IMG/VR virus record: IMGVR_UViG_3300014208_000078
Location: 1 to 39,288 of that record
Direction: 5' to 3' (one strand)
DNA length: 39,288 bases
Source of the DNA: a virus
Lineage: Duplodnaviria > Caudoviricetes
Shown here piece by piece: positions 1-9,240 of this stretch. Position numbers and translations under genes: made by a program. Position 1 is the stretch's first letter; every line of letters starts with the position of its first letter. The notes beneath the pieces were generated by a model that saw nothing but the letters and a program-made list of their open reading frames with translations, was not told the origin of the DNA and did not search any database.

Positions 1-999
1 AATTCTGGTGGAGCAGTAACTTATAATGATCATGAGTTACTTGTTGGAACTGGTACTGCAACTATTAATACTATTAACAATTCTACTGCTGGGTTGCCAC
101 TACTTACACAAGGTGCTGGGGCTGACCCGACATGGGGAGTTGTTCAAGTTCCTGCAGGAGGCACTGGTACTTCTACTTTTACCGCTTATACTCCAGTTTG
201 TGGAGGGACGACGTCGACAGCAGATCTTCAGTCAGTTGCTTCTACTGGTGTTGTTGGTCAAGTTTTAACTTCTAATGGTGCTGGTACGTTGCCAACATTT
301 CAGGGAACTGGCCCTATTGGAGCTATAACTAATGTTGTAGTACAAGTATTTACTACTCCTGGAGCTGGAACATATACCCCAACGGCTGGAATGGTTGAGT
401 GTATGGTTGAGGCGCTTGGAGGAGGAGGGGGAGGAGGTGGTGCTGCTGCTCCTGGAAGTTTTTCTTATTATTCTGGAGGTGGTGGCGCTGGTGGATATAG
501 TAGAAAAATAATTGATGCAGCAACTATTGGCGTCAGTCAGGCCCTTTCTGTTGGTGCTGCTGGAGCTGCTGGAGCAGCCGCGAGCGGTACAGGTGGAACA
601 GGCGGAGCTACTACATTTGGAGCAATACTTACGGCGAATGGAGGAGTTGGTAGCGTTACTGCTACTGGAGGTAATCCAGGTGTTGGTGGTATTGGTGGTA
701 TTGGTGGTACAGCTTCTGGTGGTGATATAAATATAGCGGGTCAATGTGGAGGTTTTGCAATATCCTCAGGAGGAGGCGGCAGTACAACTTATGCTATGGG
801 TGGAAGTGGAGCTAATTCTATGTATGGATCTGGTGGAATTAATGCTTATTCTGCTAGTGGTGGGTTGAGTGTTGTTGGTAATGCTGGTATTGGTTATGGG
901 TCTGGCGGTAGCGGAGGTGTTGGAGCGACAGGTAGTATAAATGCTGCGGGTGGTGCAGGAGCTGCTGGAATCATAATAATCACTGAATACATTCAATAG
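1..999 (+). CDS. Glycine-rich tail fibre protein, 5'-truncated
   Basis: Frame 1 is open from base 1 (NSGGAVTYNDHELL...) to TAG at 997-999. The C-terminal 'VFTTPGAGTYTPTAG...VEALGGGGGGG...GAAGIIIITEY' is the glycine-rich domain typical of phage tail proteins. Confidence 0.75.
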   Translation, partial: NSGGAVTYNDHELLVGTGTATINTINNSTAGLPLLTQGAGADPTWGVVQVPAGGTGTSTFTAYTPVCGGTTSTADLQSVASTGVVGQVLTSNGAGTLPTFQGTGPIGAITNVVVQVFTTPGAGTYTPTAGMVECMVEALGGGGGGGGAAAPGSFSYYSGGGGAGGYSRKIIDAATIGVSQALSVGAAGAAGAAASGTGGTGGATTFGAILTANGGVGSVTATGGNPGVGGIGGIGGTASGGDINIAGQCGGFAISSGGGGSTTYAMGGSGANSMYGSGGINAYSASGGLSVVGNAGIGYGSGGSGGVGATGSINAAGGAGAAGIIIITEYIQ

Positions 1000-1009
1000 C
1001 GGAGGCTTT

Positions 1010-1195
1010 ATGACAGATATTTTAGCTAAAATAGTCATAGTTATCATGGCTTTAATGGTAGCTGGCGGAGCAAAATATGCTCTACAAATGAAAAATGATA
1101 ACCCAGTTGAACAGATAGCTGAGTCTGTTATTAAGGAAGAGACTGGCGTATCAATAGATCTATCTCCAGATAATATTGACGAATCGAAGCAATAG
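1010..1195 (+). CDS. Small membrane-anchored hypothetical protein
   Basis: GGAGG RBS; N-terminal hydrophobic helix followed by DNPVEQIAESVIKEETG. Confidence 0.7.
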   Translation: MTDILAKIVIVIMALMVAGGAKYALQMKNDNPVEQIAESVIKEETGVSIDLSPDNIDESKQ

Positions 1196-1261
1196 ATGCA
1201 GACTTTGGATGTTGTTAACTATATAAATATATCCAGCTAAGATAATTATTAGTAACAAAAA

Positions 1262-1295
1262 GCCGCTAGATACAGTACCAATGTATTCTAGCGGC
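1262..1295. terminator. Hairpin between the convergent late and early arms
   Basis: GCCGCTAGA/TCTAGCGGC stem; the A-run at 1257-1261 gives a U-tail on the minus strand. Confidence 0.65.
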
Positions 1296-1480
1296 GCATC
1301 GTCGAAGCAAGGAGAAAGCTTCTCAGTTTTAATAAGCAGCCCACTACTATCGCTCCCTATCTTTTTTCGACTCTTATCTGTCAGTTATTTCAAAGGTTTC
1401 ATATCTACGTTTTATGACTGGTTGATATACTCTATGAAAAACAATCACACCGATCAATGGAACTAGTAATATAATTCTTC

Positions 1481-1702
1481 TCATTTATTTCCTAAAATAA
1501 AATCAATTTCTTCTTGAATTAAGCTATCATCGGTAAACGTTCCAATGAATAACCAGTTAGGCTTTTCGCATTCATTCTTAGACGCTTGTACATATAGGTC
1601 ATACTTGTCACCTAAGACAACTTTACAAGCTGTCCCGAATGGCAACTCGTCCATTGGTCCAGGCTCTGCATGACGTATAATTATGCTTATTTCATTACTC
1701 AT
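1481..1702 (-). CDS. Hypothetical protein
   Basis: 73-aa ORF with a GGAG RBS, in the leftward operon. Confidence 0.65.
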   Translation of the reverse strand: MSNEISIIIRHAEPGPMDELPFGTACKVVLGDKYDLYVQASKNECEKPNWLFIGTFTDDSLIQEEIDFILGNK

Positions 1703-1719
1703 AGGTCTCCTATCTTAAT

Positions 1720-1983
1720 TTACCAAGGGTATGAATCGCTTAAATATGACCAATAATCTGGCTCTTTTAGATAAGTATTTTTTTCTTTGAATTGTTCAAT
1801 CCATACATGTTTTTCATTGTTGAGTTCATCGAAGTAGTTTGCTAATACATATTTAAGTGGATTTTCATAATCTTTATAAACATATATTAATAAGACTGAT
1901 TGCATGTATTCTTTTCCGTTTCTGTATTCACTTTCAGGATATTTTTCTAAAGGTTTATACCAAGTTATTTCTTTTTTGATCAT
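1720..1983 (-). CDS. Hypothetical protein, DUF551-like
   Basis: N-terminal 'ITWYKPLEKYP' and C-terminal 'PDYWSYL' pattern. Confidence 0.5.
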   Translation of the reverse strand: MIKKEITWYKPLEKYPESEYRNGKEYMQSVLLIYVYKDYENPLKYVLANYFDELNNEKHVWIEQFKEKNTYLKEPDYWSYLSDSYPW

Positions 1984-1996
1984 AAACTAATCCTAA

Positions 1997-2332
1997 TTAA
2001 GCAACAATCCCAATTAAGTCTTTAGATTTTAAAGCTATTAGGTCTGGTTGATTTGGAATTGCTATGCGATCTCTAATTGAAAACACTAATGGATCTTGAA
2101 TTTCATACTTTAGAAATGAATCTGATGCGTAATCTTTTGCGAAGCATAATGCTTTTGAGCTTATAACTTGCTGTAAGTCATCTTGTTTTATGTATAATCG
2201 CTTTATATTATCTCGTAGATTTAAAATATAAGTTTCGAAGTTATACAAGTCGTTTTCACTTAAGAATTGAATTATATTTTCTTGTTCTGCTTTTTGATCA
2301 TCTATTGAAGGGAATAGTGCGTCTTGATTCAT
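1997..2332 (-). CDS. Hypothetical protein
   Basis: 111-aa ORF with AAGGA RBS, in operon context. Confidence 0.65.
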   Translation of the reverse strand: MNQDALFPSIDDQKAEQENIIQFLSENDLYNFETYILNLRDNIKRLYIKQDDLQQVISSKALCFAKDYASDSFLKYEIQDPLVFSIRDRIAIPNQPDLIALKSKDLIGIVA

Positions 2333-2344
2333 TATTTTTTCCTT

Positions 2345-2821
2345 TTATTTGTTAAAATCATCTTCTTCTAACGTATGCAGTTTTGCAGCAAGTATGTCAA
2401 AGGCTTCATCAATAAATGTAGATAAGTATGATGAGAATTCTAATCTTGTTTCAAGTTTTGTTTCTGCAAATGCTTTTGAAAATAAAACTTCTGTAGTTAT
2501 TTCGCTACAATTTGTTAAGTCATTCTTGCTGTAAAATGATTGAGTTGAGACAGAATTCTCTAGGATAATTCTATATCTTTTTTGGCCTTCATGATTTTTC
2601 CAGCACAACTTCCATTGATTTACTTTTTTAATAGTGTGAAGAGTTGTTGATTCTATTTCCGTTTCAACATCTTCATCTATAATTACTTCTATAGGGAAAT
2701 AAATATTTGCAGATCTGAGTGATTTTTCAACGTCAAGCATCATTCGAGTCTTGCTCTCAAGCTCTTTATTAAATCTTCCGGCTAATGTTGATAGATCTTT
2801 TAATTTGTCATTGATAGTCAT
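2345..2821 (-). CDS. Hypothetical protein
   Basis: 158-aa ORF with AAGGA RBS, in operon context. Confidence 0.65.
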   Translation of the reverse strand: MTINDKLKDLSTLAGRFNKELESKTRMMLDVEKSLRSANIYFPIEVIIDEDVETEIESTTLHTIKKVNQWKLCWKNHEGQKRYRIILENSVSTQSFYSKNDLTNCSEITTEVLFSKAFAETKLETRLEFSSYLSTFIDEAFDILAAKLHTLEEDDFNK

Positions 2822-2842
2822 ATTGGTCCTTTTTGCGGTTAC

Positions 2843-3493
2843 TTACTTTTTATTTCTCAATTCTTGCTCTTGCTGAGTTAATTCTCTTATTCTATTTAAA
2901 GCTTTCAAGAAAGATGGTCTAGGCATATCGCTCAGACGCTCTAAATTCAACGCAGCGATAACTTTTGTTTTAATCTCTGGATAACCATCAAGATCGTGTT
3001 CAAGTTGTTCTAGTTGATCCTTGGATATCTTTTCTACAATTACTTGTTGAATACTACTGGGTGGTTGGTTGTAGTGGTTCACCATGCGTGGTTGTTCTGC
3101 TGCGCTATTGCCATCATCATCAGCTTCACCGGTTGCTATGCCAATAATAGAAGATAAGCATATACGCTTTAAGTAAGTATTGTAGCTACTGAATGCTTGT
3201 ACGTCTTCTTTGGCTGGTTTGATGCGTGCTTTAGATTTTATCCATTGACCAGAGGAGTGCATTACGACAGTGATCAGATAAGATTTATCATCTTCTTCAG
3301 TTATTGATTGGAAAAAGCTGAGACCGTATTTGCTCATTGATGGTACGCATGCATTTGTTATTGATTCAAAGTCTGCATACATACTTTTAAAGAATGGATT
3401 CTTGCTATTTTTGTATGCTACTGGCATTTCGCCTTGGGCTTTAGCTAGTGCAGTAGCGAGTTGATCTATTTGTTCTGACATTAATTGTGACAT
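2843..3493 (-). CDS. ERF-family single-strand annealing recombinase
   Basis: 'LATALAKAQ...KNSKNPFFKSMYAD...HSSGQWI...TYLKR..LSSIIGIAT.EADDDGN' matches the ERF signature. Confidence 0.88.
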   Translation of the reverse strand: MSQLMSEQIDQLATALAKAQGEMPVAYKNSKNPFFKSMYADFESITNACVPSMSKYGLSFFQSITEEDDKSYLITVVMHSSGQWIKSKARIKPAKEDVQAFSSYNTYLKRICLSSIIGIATGEADDDGNSAAEQPRMVNHYNQPPSSIQQVIVEKISKDQLEQLEHDLDGYPEIKTKVIAALNLERLSDMPRPSFLKALNRIRELTQQEQELRNKK

Positions 3494-3494
3494 T

Positions 3495-3737
3495 TTAATC
3501 CTTTATGAAATTTTGTACGTTTGTTTCGTCGGGAGAATCTGGAGTATTGCGCCAATAGACTGGCATAAAATTATCATCGTCATTCAAGCCATCCTTGAAG
3601 TTATCTTTGTCGGGCCATGTAGTCCATGTGAAATCCACATAGTTAAACCAAGCTATCCACATATGACCTTCTTCGTCAGAACAAATAACTTGAAGGCAAT
3701 CTTCTGGCATCTTATCGGAGCACTTAATCCACTTCAT
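3495..3737 (-). CDS. DUF551-like protein
   Basis: 'MKWIKCSDKMPE...PVYWRNTPDSP'. Confidence 0.7.
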   Translation of the reverse strand: MKWIKCSDKMPEDCLQVICSDEEGHMWIAWFNYVDFTWTTWPDKDNFKDGLNDDDNFMPVYWRNTPDSPDETNVQNFIKD

Positions 3738-3747
3738 ATTATTCCTA

Positions 3748-4422
3748 TTAATCCTTTATGAAATCTATGAGAGATTTGAATTTACCTTCTTCTGGAAGAC
3801 CCCAACTTTCATCTTCATTTGAAGTATATCTTTTTGTTTCTTCAGCTGTTTCATCATCTATTTGCATATCAGATACTTCAGGCATTAGATTTCTTCTAAA
3901 GCTATTTAAAAATTCATTGTAAATTTTTACAAAGTGGATTGATATTCTAATAAGATCCTGATCGTTAAGATCTATTATCTTTTCTGCTTTTTTAGATGTG
4001 ATAATATTTGAAATTATTTGGTTTTTATGAAAAAGGCTTTTAAATGGAGTTTTCCATACTTGCTTAGAAATTTGTTCGGTAAAGAAAAGATCCCATTCGT
4101 TATCTTTGTGTTCTGGCCATAAGTTTTCATTTCCAGTATGAATTGCTCTTATCTGCTTATAAGATGTCCATATTACGCATTTATATGTAGTAGTTACATT
4201 TCTTTTTTCTTCTGAATCTATATCTTCTTGTTTTTCTATGTTGCAATAGCAGCTATCTTTTATGTCTTTTGATTTAAACAATTTAATGATTCTAATAATT
4301 GGCATTTTTCGTGTATCTGAAAACTCTTTATACGCAATTACTTTTTCTTCAAGATATTTATACATATCATCAGCAAGAGGAATATACTTATTTAGATAAT
4401 CATCTACATACTCTTTAGTCAT
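3748..4422 (-). CDS. Hypothetical protein
   Basis: 224-aa ORF with a GGAGAG RBS. Confidence 0.65.
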   Translation of the reverse strand: MTKEYVDDYLNKYIPLADDMYKYLEEKVIAYKEFSDTRKMPIIRIIKLFKSKDIKDSCYCNIEKQEDIDSEEKRNVTTTYKCVIWTSYKQIRAIHTGNENLWPEHKDNEWDLFFTEQISKQVWKTPFKSLFHKNQIISNIITSKKAEKIIDLNDQDLIRISIHFVKIYNEFLNSFRRNLMPEVSDMQIDDETAEETKRYTSNEDESWGLPEEGKFKSLIDFIKD

Positions 4423-4431
4423 TGTTCTCTC

Positions 4432-4704
4432 CTAATACTTACAAATCTTACTTTGTCTTTTTTCTAAATCTAATTCCAAGCAAACAGCTGAGCAAGTCCA
4501 TGCGGGCTCATTCATGGGAGCTGAGCATTGATGGCAGTGATAGATTGGATTATCTATAAGATCTTGCATGAGTTCATCATGAAGTTCTTTGGTGATAGCT
4601 TGTTTGATGTCATCTGGTAGTTTCACTCTGTATCCTACTGAAGATTGGTATTGGTAATACTTACTGATAAACATAATAACACATATACAAACATATGTAA
4701 ACAT
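4432..4704 (-). CDS. Hypothetical protein with CxxC...CxxxC zinc-ribbon motif (start uncertain)
   Basis: 'CHQCSAPMNEPAWTCSAVC'. Confidence 0.55.
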   Translation of the reverse strand: MFTYVCICVIMFISKYYQYQSSVGYRVKLPDDIKQAITKELHDELMQDLIDNPIYHCHQCSAPMNEPAWTCSAVCLELDLEKRQSKICKY

Positions 4705-4745
4705 ATATACTATTAATGATGGATTAACTATTGATTGGAATTATT

Positions 4746-4928
4746 ATGTATGAAATAAAAGATTATTTTGAAGTAAAAGAAGCATCTGAGGTATTAGGTG
4801 TTTGCAAAAAGACTATTAAGAATTGGGAGAAGAAAGGTTTTATATCTTCGATCAGGCATCCAGTGAGTAGATATAGGCTTTATAAGAGAGAAGATATACA
4901 AAAGTTATTAAATCAAATTAACATATAA
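4746..4928 (+). CDS. MerR/excisionase-like HTH DNA-binding protein
   Basis: 'VKEASEVLGVCKKTIKNWEKKG.I.SIRHP.SRYRLYKREDI'; first gene of the rightward arm. Confidence 0.82.
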   Translation: MYEIKDYFEVKEASEVLGVCKKTIKNWEKKGFISSIRHPVSRYRLYKREDIQKLLNQINI

Positions 4929-5145
4929 TAAAATATATTAACCTATATAAACATATATAAACCTTATCTAGAGCCAAAATCGCACTTGTAATTTTAAAAT
5001 AGAAGCGTAAGCTTTTCGAATATAAAGAAAAAGACCAGCTTTCGCCGATCTTTAATCTTTAGTTGAAAATATTTTTCCCAACCCCTTTGATAATTCGAAT
5101 TACTAGTTTGAATTATCGATTGTAAATTTCCCCTCTAGGAAACAC

Positions 5146-5883
5146 ATGACTAAGAATATACCAAAAAAAGCCCAGTTGCAAGCGATAATTTCAAAACTCT
5201 CTAAAGAACAGAAAACTTGCGCTAATTACGTACTGAAATTATTTACTTATTTTAACAGTGTTTTTGTTACACAAGCTCGAATAGCTCGTGATATTGGGCT
5301 AAGTCGTAAGACAGTATGTAAATATATGAAGTTGTTTCATGAGATTGGTTTATTTATCAAGAAGCGACGCTTTCACCCGCAATTCAAACTATCTAACGTT
5401 TATAAACTTGCTCAAGACTTTAAGTCTAATCTATTAGACTACTTAAAGTTCTATTTTCCTGCTTTGTTTGGATGGTCAGGAACCCCTTTGTATGCTGCAC
5501 AATCCAATAGGGTTACACTAAGAAGAACAATGCCTACTATTAATAGTGATTTCGAAGGCGCATGCGCCGAAAATTCTTCTTCTTCCCAAGATTTTTTTAA
5601 AAATCCCCTACCCCTTTCCATCCAGTTAGTGGGCACAGAGTATAGTTCAACCAACTATGCCAACAATTTCTCTAGTTTTCATACTTTTGAGGGTTCACAA
5701 GCCCAGACAACTCACTTAGAGTGGGCGCCATCTAGTATGGAAGAAGAACAGGCGTATAATAAATTTATACGAGAAGCAGAAGATATGGATTCGTTGGCCG
5801 ACTATGTCGAACCAACTACACTTGATGAGATAAAAAGTTTACTTACTATTGCAGAGTTACTTGAATGGGTTGAGCAATTATAA
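5146..5883 (+). CDS. HTH-containing putative replication initiator
   Basis: N-terminal 'VTQARIARDIGLSRKTVCKYMKLFHEIGLF.KKRR...SNVYKL' winged-HTH pattern; position upstream of RusA. Confidence 0.6.
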   Translation: MTKNIPKKAQLQAIISKLSKEQKTCANYVLKLFTYFNSVFVTQARIARDIGLSRKTVCKYMKLFHEIGLFIKKRRFHPQFKLSNVYKLAQDFKSNLLDYLKFYFPALFGWSGTPLYAAQSNRVTLRRTMPTINSDFEGACAENSSSSQDFFKNPLPLSIQLVGTEYSSTNYANNFSSFHTFEGSQAQTTHLEWAPSSMEEEQAYNKFIREAEDMDSLADYVEPTTLDEIKSLLTIAELLEWVEQL

Positions 5884-5893
5884 AAGGAGAGAT

Positions 5894-6454
5894 ATGGAGC
5901 ACACATTTTCACCAGCTATAGAAAAAGCAGCTGATCAACTTAACTTAAACTTATGGGGCAAGATTAGTCTTACCATTTATTGTGATGGAGCAATAGAACA
6001 TGGACTTAAGCAATGCAAGTTATTTAAAGATGCTAAAGATCCATATCGATACTTTATGTCTCAAGCAAAGAGCTATAGCAACACTGAGCAGATACCTTTA
6101 AGGTGGTCTCGGTGTTACGACCTGCAAAAAGAGCTTGGAATGCCTGATGATGTTGAGGTGTTTACGAATGCACCCATTAAAGAGAAAGCTGAGCCAACTA
6201 AGTTCTATACGCATAAAGAAGTAGAACTTGACCATAATGCTGAATGTCGCAAGTGGCACGAGATGGTAATGAACTGGGATAACATAGTCGACCCGAAGAA
6301 GAAATGTGCTAAAGGATATGAACTCACGTATCCTGGGTATACTGAGTGGCTAAAGAAGATTCCACTCACTACATTTTTGGACAGTAATCCACCCGATGTG
6401 TTAGTATACATGGATGAATCAAAGTTAACGTTATTGGATGCCATGCGTAAATAG
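5894..6454 (+). CDS. Hypothetical protein (replication module)
   Basis: AAGGAG RBS before ATG at 5894 (MEHTFSPA...). Confidence 0.6.
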   Translation: MEHTFSPAIEKAADQLNLNLWGKISLTIYCDGAIEHGLKQCKLFKDAKDPYRYFMSQAKSYSNTEQIPLRWSRCYDLQKELGMPDDVEVFTNAPIKEKAEPTKFYTHKEVELDHNAECRKWHEMVMNWDNIVDPKKKCAKGYELTYPGYTEWLKKIPLTTFLDSNPPDVLVYMDESKLTLLDAMRK

Positions 6455-6668
6455 GAAATATATGAATGTAAGAGAAGTTGAATTTGAAAAAGGAATGTCT
6501 GCTTTAAGAGAATTAAATCATACGGTAGAAGATTTAGATATAGTTCGCAAATTTACAGACAAATCAGCTGAAGAGCAAAGAAAAGAATATAACTCGCTGA
6601 CAGATTTACAGAAAAAGTTATGGGAAATAGGACTTCGTTGTAGTGTAAATGTTAATTGTTCTAAGTAG
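6438..6668 (+). CDS. Hypothetical protein (start uncertain)
   Basis: ORF in operon context. Confidence 0.5.
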   Translation: MPCVNRKYMNVREVEFEKGMSALRELNHTVEDLDIVRKFTDKSAEEQRKEYNSLTDLQKKLWEIGLRCSVNVNCSK

Positions 6669-6695
6669 CCATTTATATCTGTAATAGGTGTAGTA

Positions 6696-7085
6696 ATGAA
6701 GATATATATAATCCCAGGAGATCCAACACCGCTCGCTCGCCCACGATTATCTCACCGCAAAGTCTATGACTCACAAAAGAATATCAAGCTTTGTGCGTCA
6801 ATTACTCTCCAACAGCAAGTAAATAATGCACCACTACTTGAAGGCCCACTCCACTTAGACGTGACCTTCTTTATGGGTATACCAAAATCAATATCAGCAA
6901 AACGACGTATCGCACTACTAACACAACCTCACATATTTAAACCAGATACTGACAATCTAATAAAATACATATGTGACATATGCTCTGGGTTGTTATATTA
7001 TGACGACTGTATCATTGCAACCATTACTGCAAAAAAGATATACTCAGATGAACCACGAACCGAATTTACACTGAAGAAGATATGA
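6696..7085 (+). CDS. rusA: RusA-family Holliday junction resolvase
   Basis: 'IPGDPTPLARPR...KPDTDNLIKYICD...YYDDCII...KKIYSDEPRT' carries the RusA catalytic D-x-D-N-x-x-K-x-x-x-D motif. Confidence 0.9.
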   Translation: MKIYIIPGDPTPLARPRLSHRKVYDSQKNIKLCASITLQQQVNNAPLLEGPLHLDVTFFMGIPKSISAKRRIALLTQPHIFKPDTDNLIKYICDICSGLLYYDDCIIATITAKKIYSDEPRTEFTLKKI

Positions 7086-7630
7086 AAATCACTAAACGTA
7101 ACACAAACAGTCTTGAGAAGTCGAGCAAAGACCATGCGCAGCTAGGAATCAAACCAGCAGTATATATTGGTGAATATAGAGACTTTAGAGACTTCAAAAT
7201 GAAGCCTGCAACTGAAGGATTTATAGAGCGTCTTGGTAGGGCCTTAATACAATGGGCCGAAGTAGAACCACAAGCTTATAAGCTTAATCAATTTTTGCGT
7301 CTACAAGGTCTTGCAGCTGAACAATTCTATGACTGGGTATTAAAGTATCCCGAACTAAAAGCAGCCCATGGTTATGCTATGAAATGCATAGGTGATAGAA
7401 GAGAACTTGGAGCTCTTGAAAAGAGAATTTCAGAGAACATGGTTCTTAAAACTCTTTACATTTATGATCCAACTCATGCTCAAGCAAGACAAGATGAGAT
7501 AGACGCTAAAAAAGAGATAGCTATGGTCAATAATGAAGCACATACCAGACCAACACAGATCATCTTAGGTGAGCTGCCTGGCATGAAAGAATATAAAGAG
7601 TTACAACAAAAAGAAGATGTTGTAGAATAA
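7082..7630 (+). CDS. Putative terminase small subunit
   Basis: Helical 'QFYDWVLKYPELKAAHGYAMKCIGDRRE' region resembles small-terminase HTH domains; upstream of TerL. Inference only. Confidence 0.45.
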   Translation: MKITKRNTNSLEKSSKDHAQLGIKPAVYIGEYRDFRDFKMKPATEGFIERLGRALIQWAEVEPQAYKLNQFLRLQGLAAEQFYDWVLKYPELKAAHGYAMKCIGDRRELGALEKRISENMVLKTLYIYDPTHAQARQDEIDAKKEIAMVNNEAHTRPTQIILGELPGMKEYKELQQKEDVVE

Positions 7631-7665
7631 AAGCTCAATATCCTTTAATGGTGTTGGAAATACTT

Positions 7666-7704
7666 CCCAGCAGTTTCTTTCAGGTTTCTGCTGGGTTTCT
7701 TTTT
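7666..7704 (+). terminator. Rho-independent terminator
   Basis: CCCAGCAG/CTGCTGGG stem followed by a T-rich tail. Confidence 0.7.
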
Positions 7705-7711
7705 ATCTTCA

Positions 7712-7740
7712 TTGAAAAACATCTGTATATGTAGTAAACT
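7712..7740 (+). promoter_or_regulatory. Sigma70-like promoter
   Basis: TTGAAA-17 nt-TAAACT directly after a terminator and before a GGAG RBS. Confidence 0.55.
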
Positions 7741-7760
7741 ATATTTATATAGGAGATAAT

Positions 7761-7904
7761 ATGAAAAAGAAGATATTAAATGTTTTATTAGATGATGATT
7801 TGCATGCAGACTTTAAGTCTTTATGTGCTAAGAATGGTTTGAATATGACCGAAGTTATAGTCAAGTTTGTGCAAGAGTTTAAAAAGACCTATCAAAACCA
7901 ATAA
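7761..7904 (+). CDS. Ribbon-helix-helix (ParG/CopG-like) regulator; not in ORF track
   Basis: AGGAG RBS; MKKKILNVLLDDDLHADFKSLCAKNGLNMTEVIVKFVQEF fits the RHH pattern. Confidence 0.75.
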   Translation: MKKKILNVLLDDDLHADFKSLCAKNGLNMTEVIVKFVQEFKKTYQNQ

Positions 7905-7931
7905 GGGATAGAATCCCAATAAAGGACCAAA

Positions 7932-8114
7932 ATGACTAAGTCACTATTTCTAGTTGCACTGTTTGGTGCATTCACTATCAATGCTTCATTGCCACAATAC
8001 GGCACTAAAGAGTGTGCTGAACAAGATGGACCTTGTTCAACTGGTGGAACACCAAAAGCACCAACTCCATCTCCAAAAAATACGCCTGCTACTACTCCAC
8101 GAGGTAATAAATAG
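7932..8114 (+). CDS. Small exported protein
   Basis: Signal peptide 'MTKSLFLVALFGAFTINA', a Cys pair and a Pro/Thr-rich tail. Confidence 0.6.
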   Translation: MTKSLFLVALFGAFTINASLPQYGTKECAEQDGPCSTGGTPKAPTPSPKNTPATTPRGNK

Positions 8115-8135
8115 TTAATTAGGGACAGGAGAGTA

Positions 8136-8468
8136 GTGATGAACGGTTTGTTCTTTTGTATTTTGGTTATTGGTTCTTCTGTGCATTGTTCTGCTAAGAA
8201 GAATCACGATGGACCTCCATTGTTTATCAGAGATATCTATACTAATGGTAAGCCTGATCCATATTTCAACAAGCTGCTTATTAATATTCGGAAGTATTAT
8301 CCAATACTCACCGAAAAAGAGATTGTCGATTGTCTTGAGGCTTGTGCTCTTATTAAAGAAGATGTTGATGTTATTGCAGAGTGTCAGGAGTTGATGCTTT
8401 GGAAAGTTACGCATCTTGCTGACATTAAAGATAAAAAGTCATGTTTTAAAGAATATAAACAACAATAA
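8136..8468 (+). CDS. Putative exported protein
   Basis: AGGAG RBS; hydrophobic N-terminus ending 'SVHC'. Confidence 0.6.
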   Translation: MMNGLFFCILVIGSSVHCSAKKNHDGPPLFIRDIYTNGKPDPYFNKLLINIRKYYPILTEKEIVDCLEACALIKEDVDVIAECQELMLWKVTHLADIKDKKSCFKEYKQQ

Positions 8469-8730
8469 GATTAATTTTTTACAAGGATGCATCTTGAATT
8501 ACATAAGACTATGTGCATGTTTAATTGTTTTCACCAGCGCTATTTACTCTTCTTTTAAATCTGTGCAGTATGTAGAGTCGTATAGTGGAGCTAGTACTCA
8601 GTATAGCTTTGTTCGAAGATTTACTGCTGAAGATAATATTAAAAAAGATAAGGATATGCCACAATTAACGAGTCAGAAACAAGAATTGATTCGTCTTTGG
8701 CTTGAAAGTACAGCGAACGCGACAAATTAA
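8416..8730 (+). CDS. Putative exported protein (true start probably near 8494)
   Basis: Internal signal-like segment 'LNYIRLCACLIVFTSAIYS'. Confidence 0.4.
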   Translation: MLTLKIKSHVLKNINNNKINFLQGCILNYIRLCACLIVFTSAIYSSFKSVQYVESYSGASTQYSFVRRFTAEDNIKKDKDMPQLTSQKQELIRLWLESTANATN

Positions 8731-8737
8731 GAATATA

Positions 8738-8851
8738 CTGGATATGATCTAATAATCTATAGAATTCGGCTAACGAAATATAGATAAGATGTAGCTCCCC
8801 GCGGGCGAGTTTGCAATGTAGGTAATCTCTACAGATAGTCCTACTATCCAG
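8738..8851 (+). ncRNA. Candidate four-way-junction structured RNA
   Basis: Closing stem CTGGATA/TATCCAG encloses three hairpins in an ORF-free gap. Confidence 0.35.
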
Positions 8852-8866
8852 ATCTACTATGGAGAA

Positions 8867-9040
8867 ATGATGAATGAGTCTGAAAAATTGATTCAGGATT
8901 TTCGTAGTTCTAATGAAATGTTGTTAAAGGCTCCTTCAAGGCCTGAACTTCAGCTTGGTACGGAGTGGCGAAGCCGTCAAGGTAATTGGGTTTTAGTTCG
9001 TAAAGAAAAAGATCATGATTATTGGAGGGAGATTGAATGA
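8867..9040 (+). CDS. Hypothetical protein (57 aa); not in ORF track
   Basis: GGAG RBS; MMNESEKLIQDF...YWREIE; ATGA overlap with the next ORF. Confidence 0.6.
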   Translation: MMNESEKLIQDFRSSNEMLLKAPSRPELQLGTEWRSRQGNWVLVRKEKDHDYWREIE

Positions 9041-9240
9041 AAACTGGCTTAAATATTGGCAAAAACATGAAGATTAGGCCTAGTATCTTTTATAATGAAG
9101 ATGGAGAGTTTAGTTATTTGATGTTTTCTGCTGCTGATATAGAGAAATTAATGAAATTTCCTAATTTTCACATTGCTAAGGTGTTTAGGGGTATATACGA
9201 CTTAAAGAGTAAAAAGTTAAAAAAGAATAAGGAAGAATAA
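9037..9240 (+). CDS. Hypothetical protein
   Basis: GGAGG RBS; translationally coupled to the previous ORF. Confidence 0.55.
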   Translation: MKTGLNIGKNMKIRPSIFYNEDGEFSYLMFSAADIEKLMKFPNFHIAKVFRGIYDLKSKKLKKNKEE

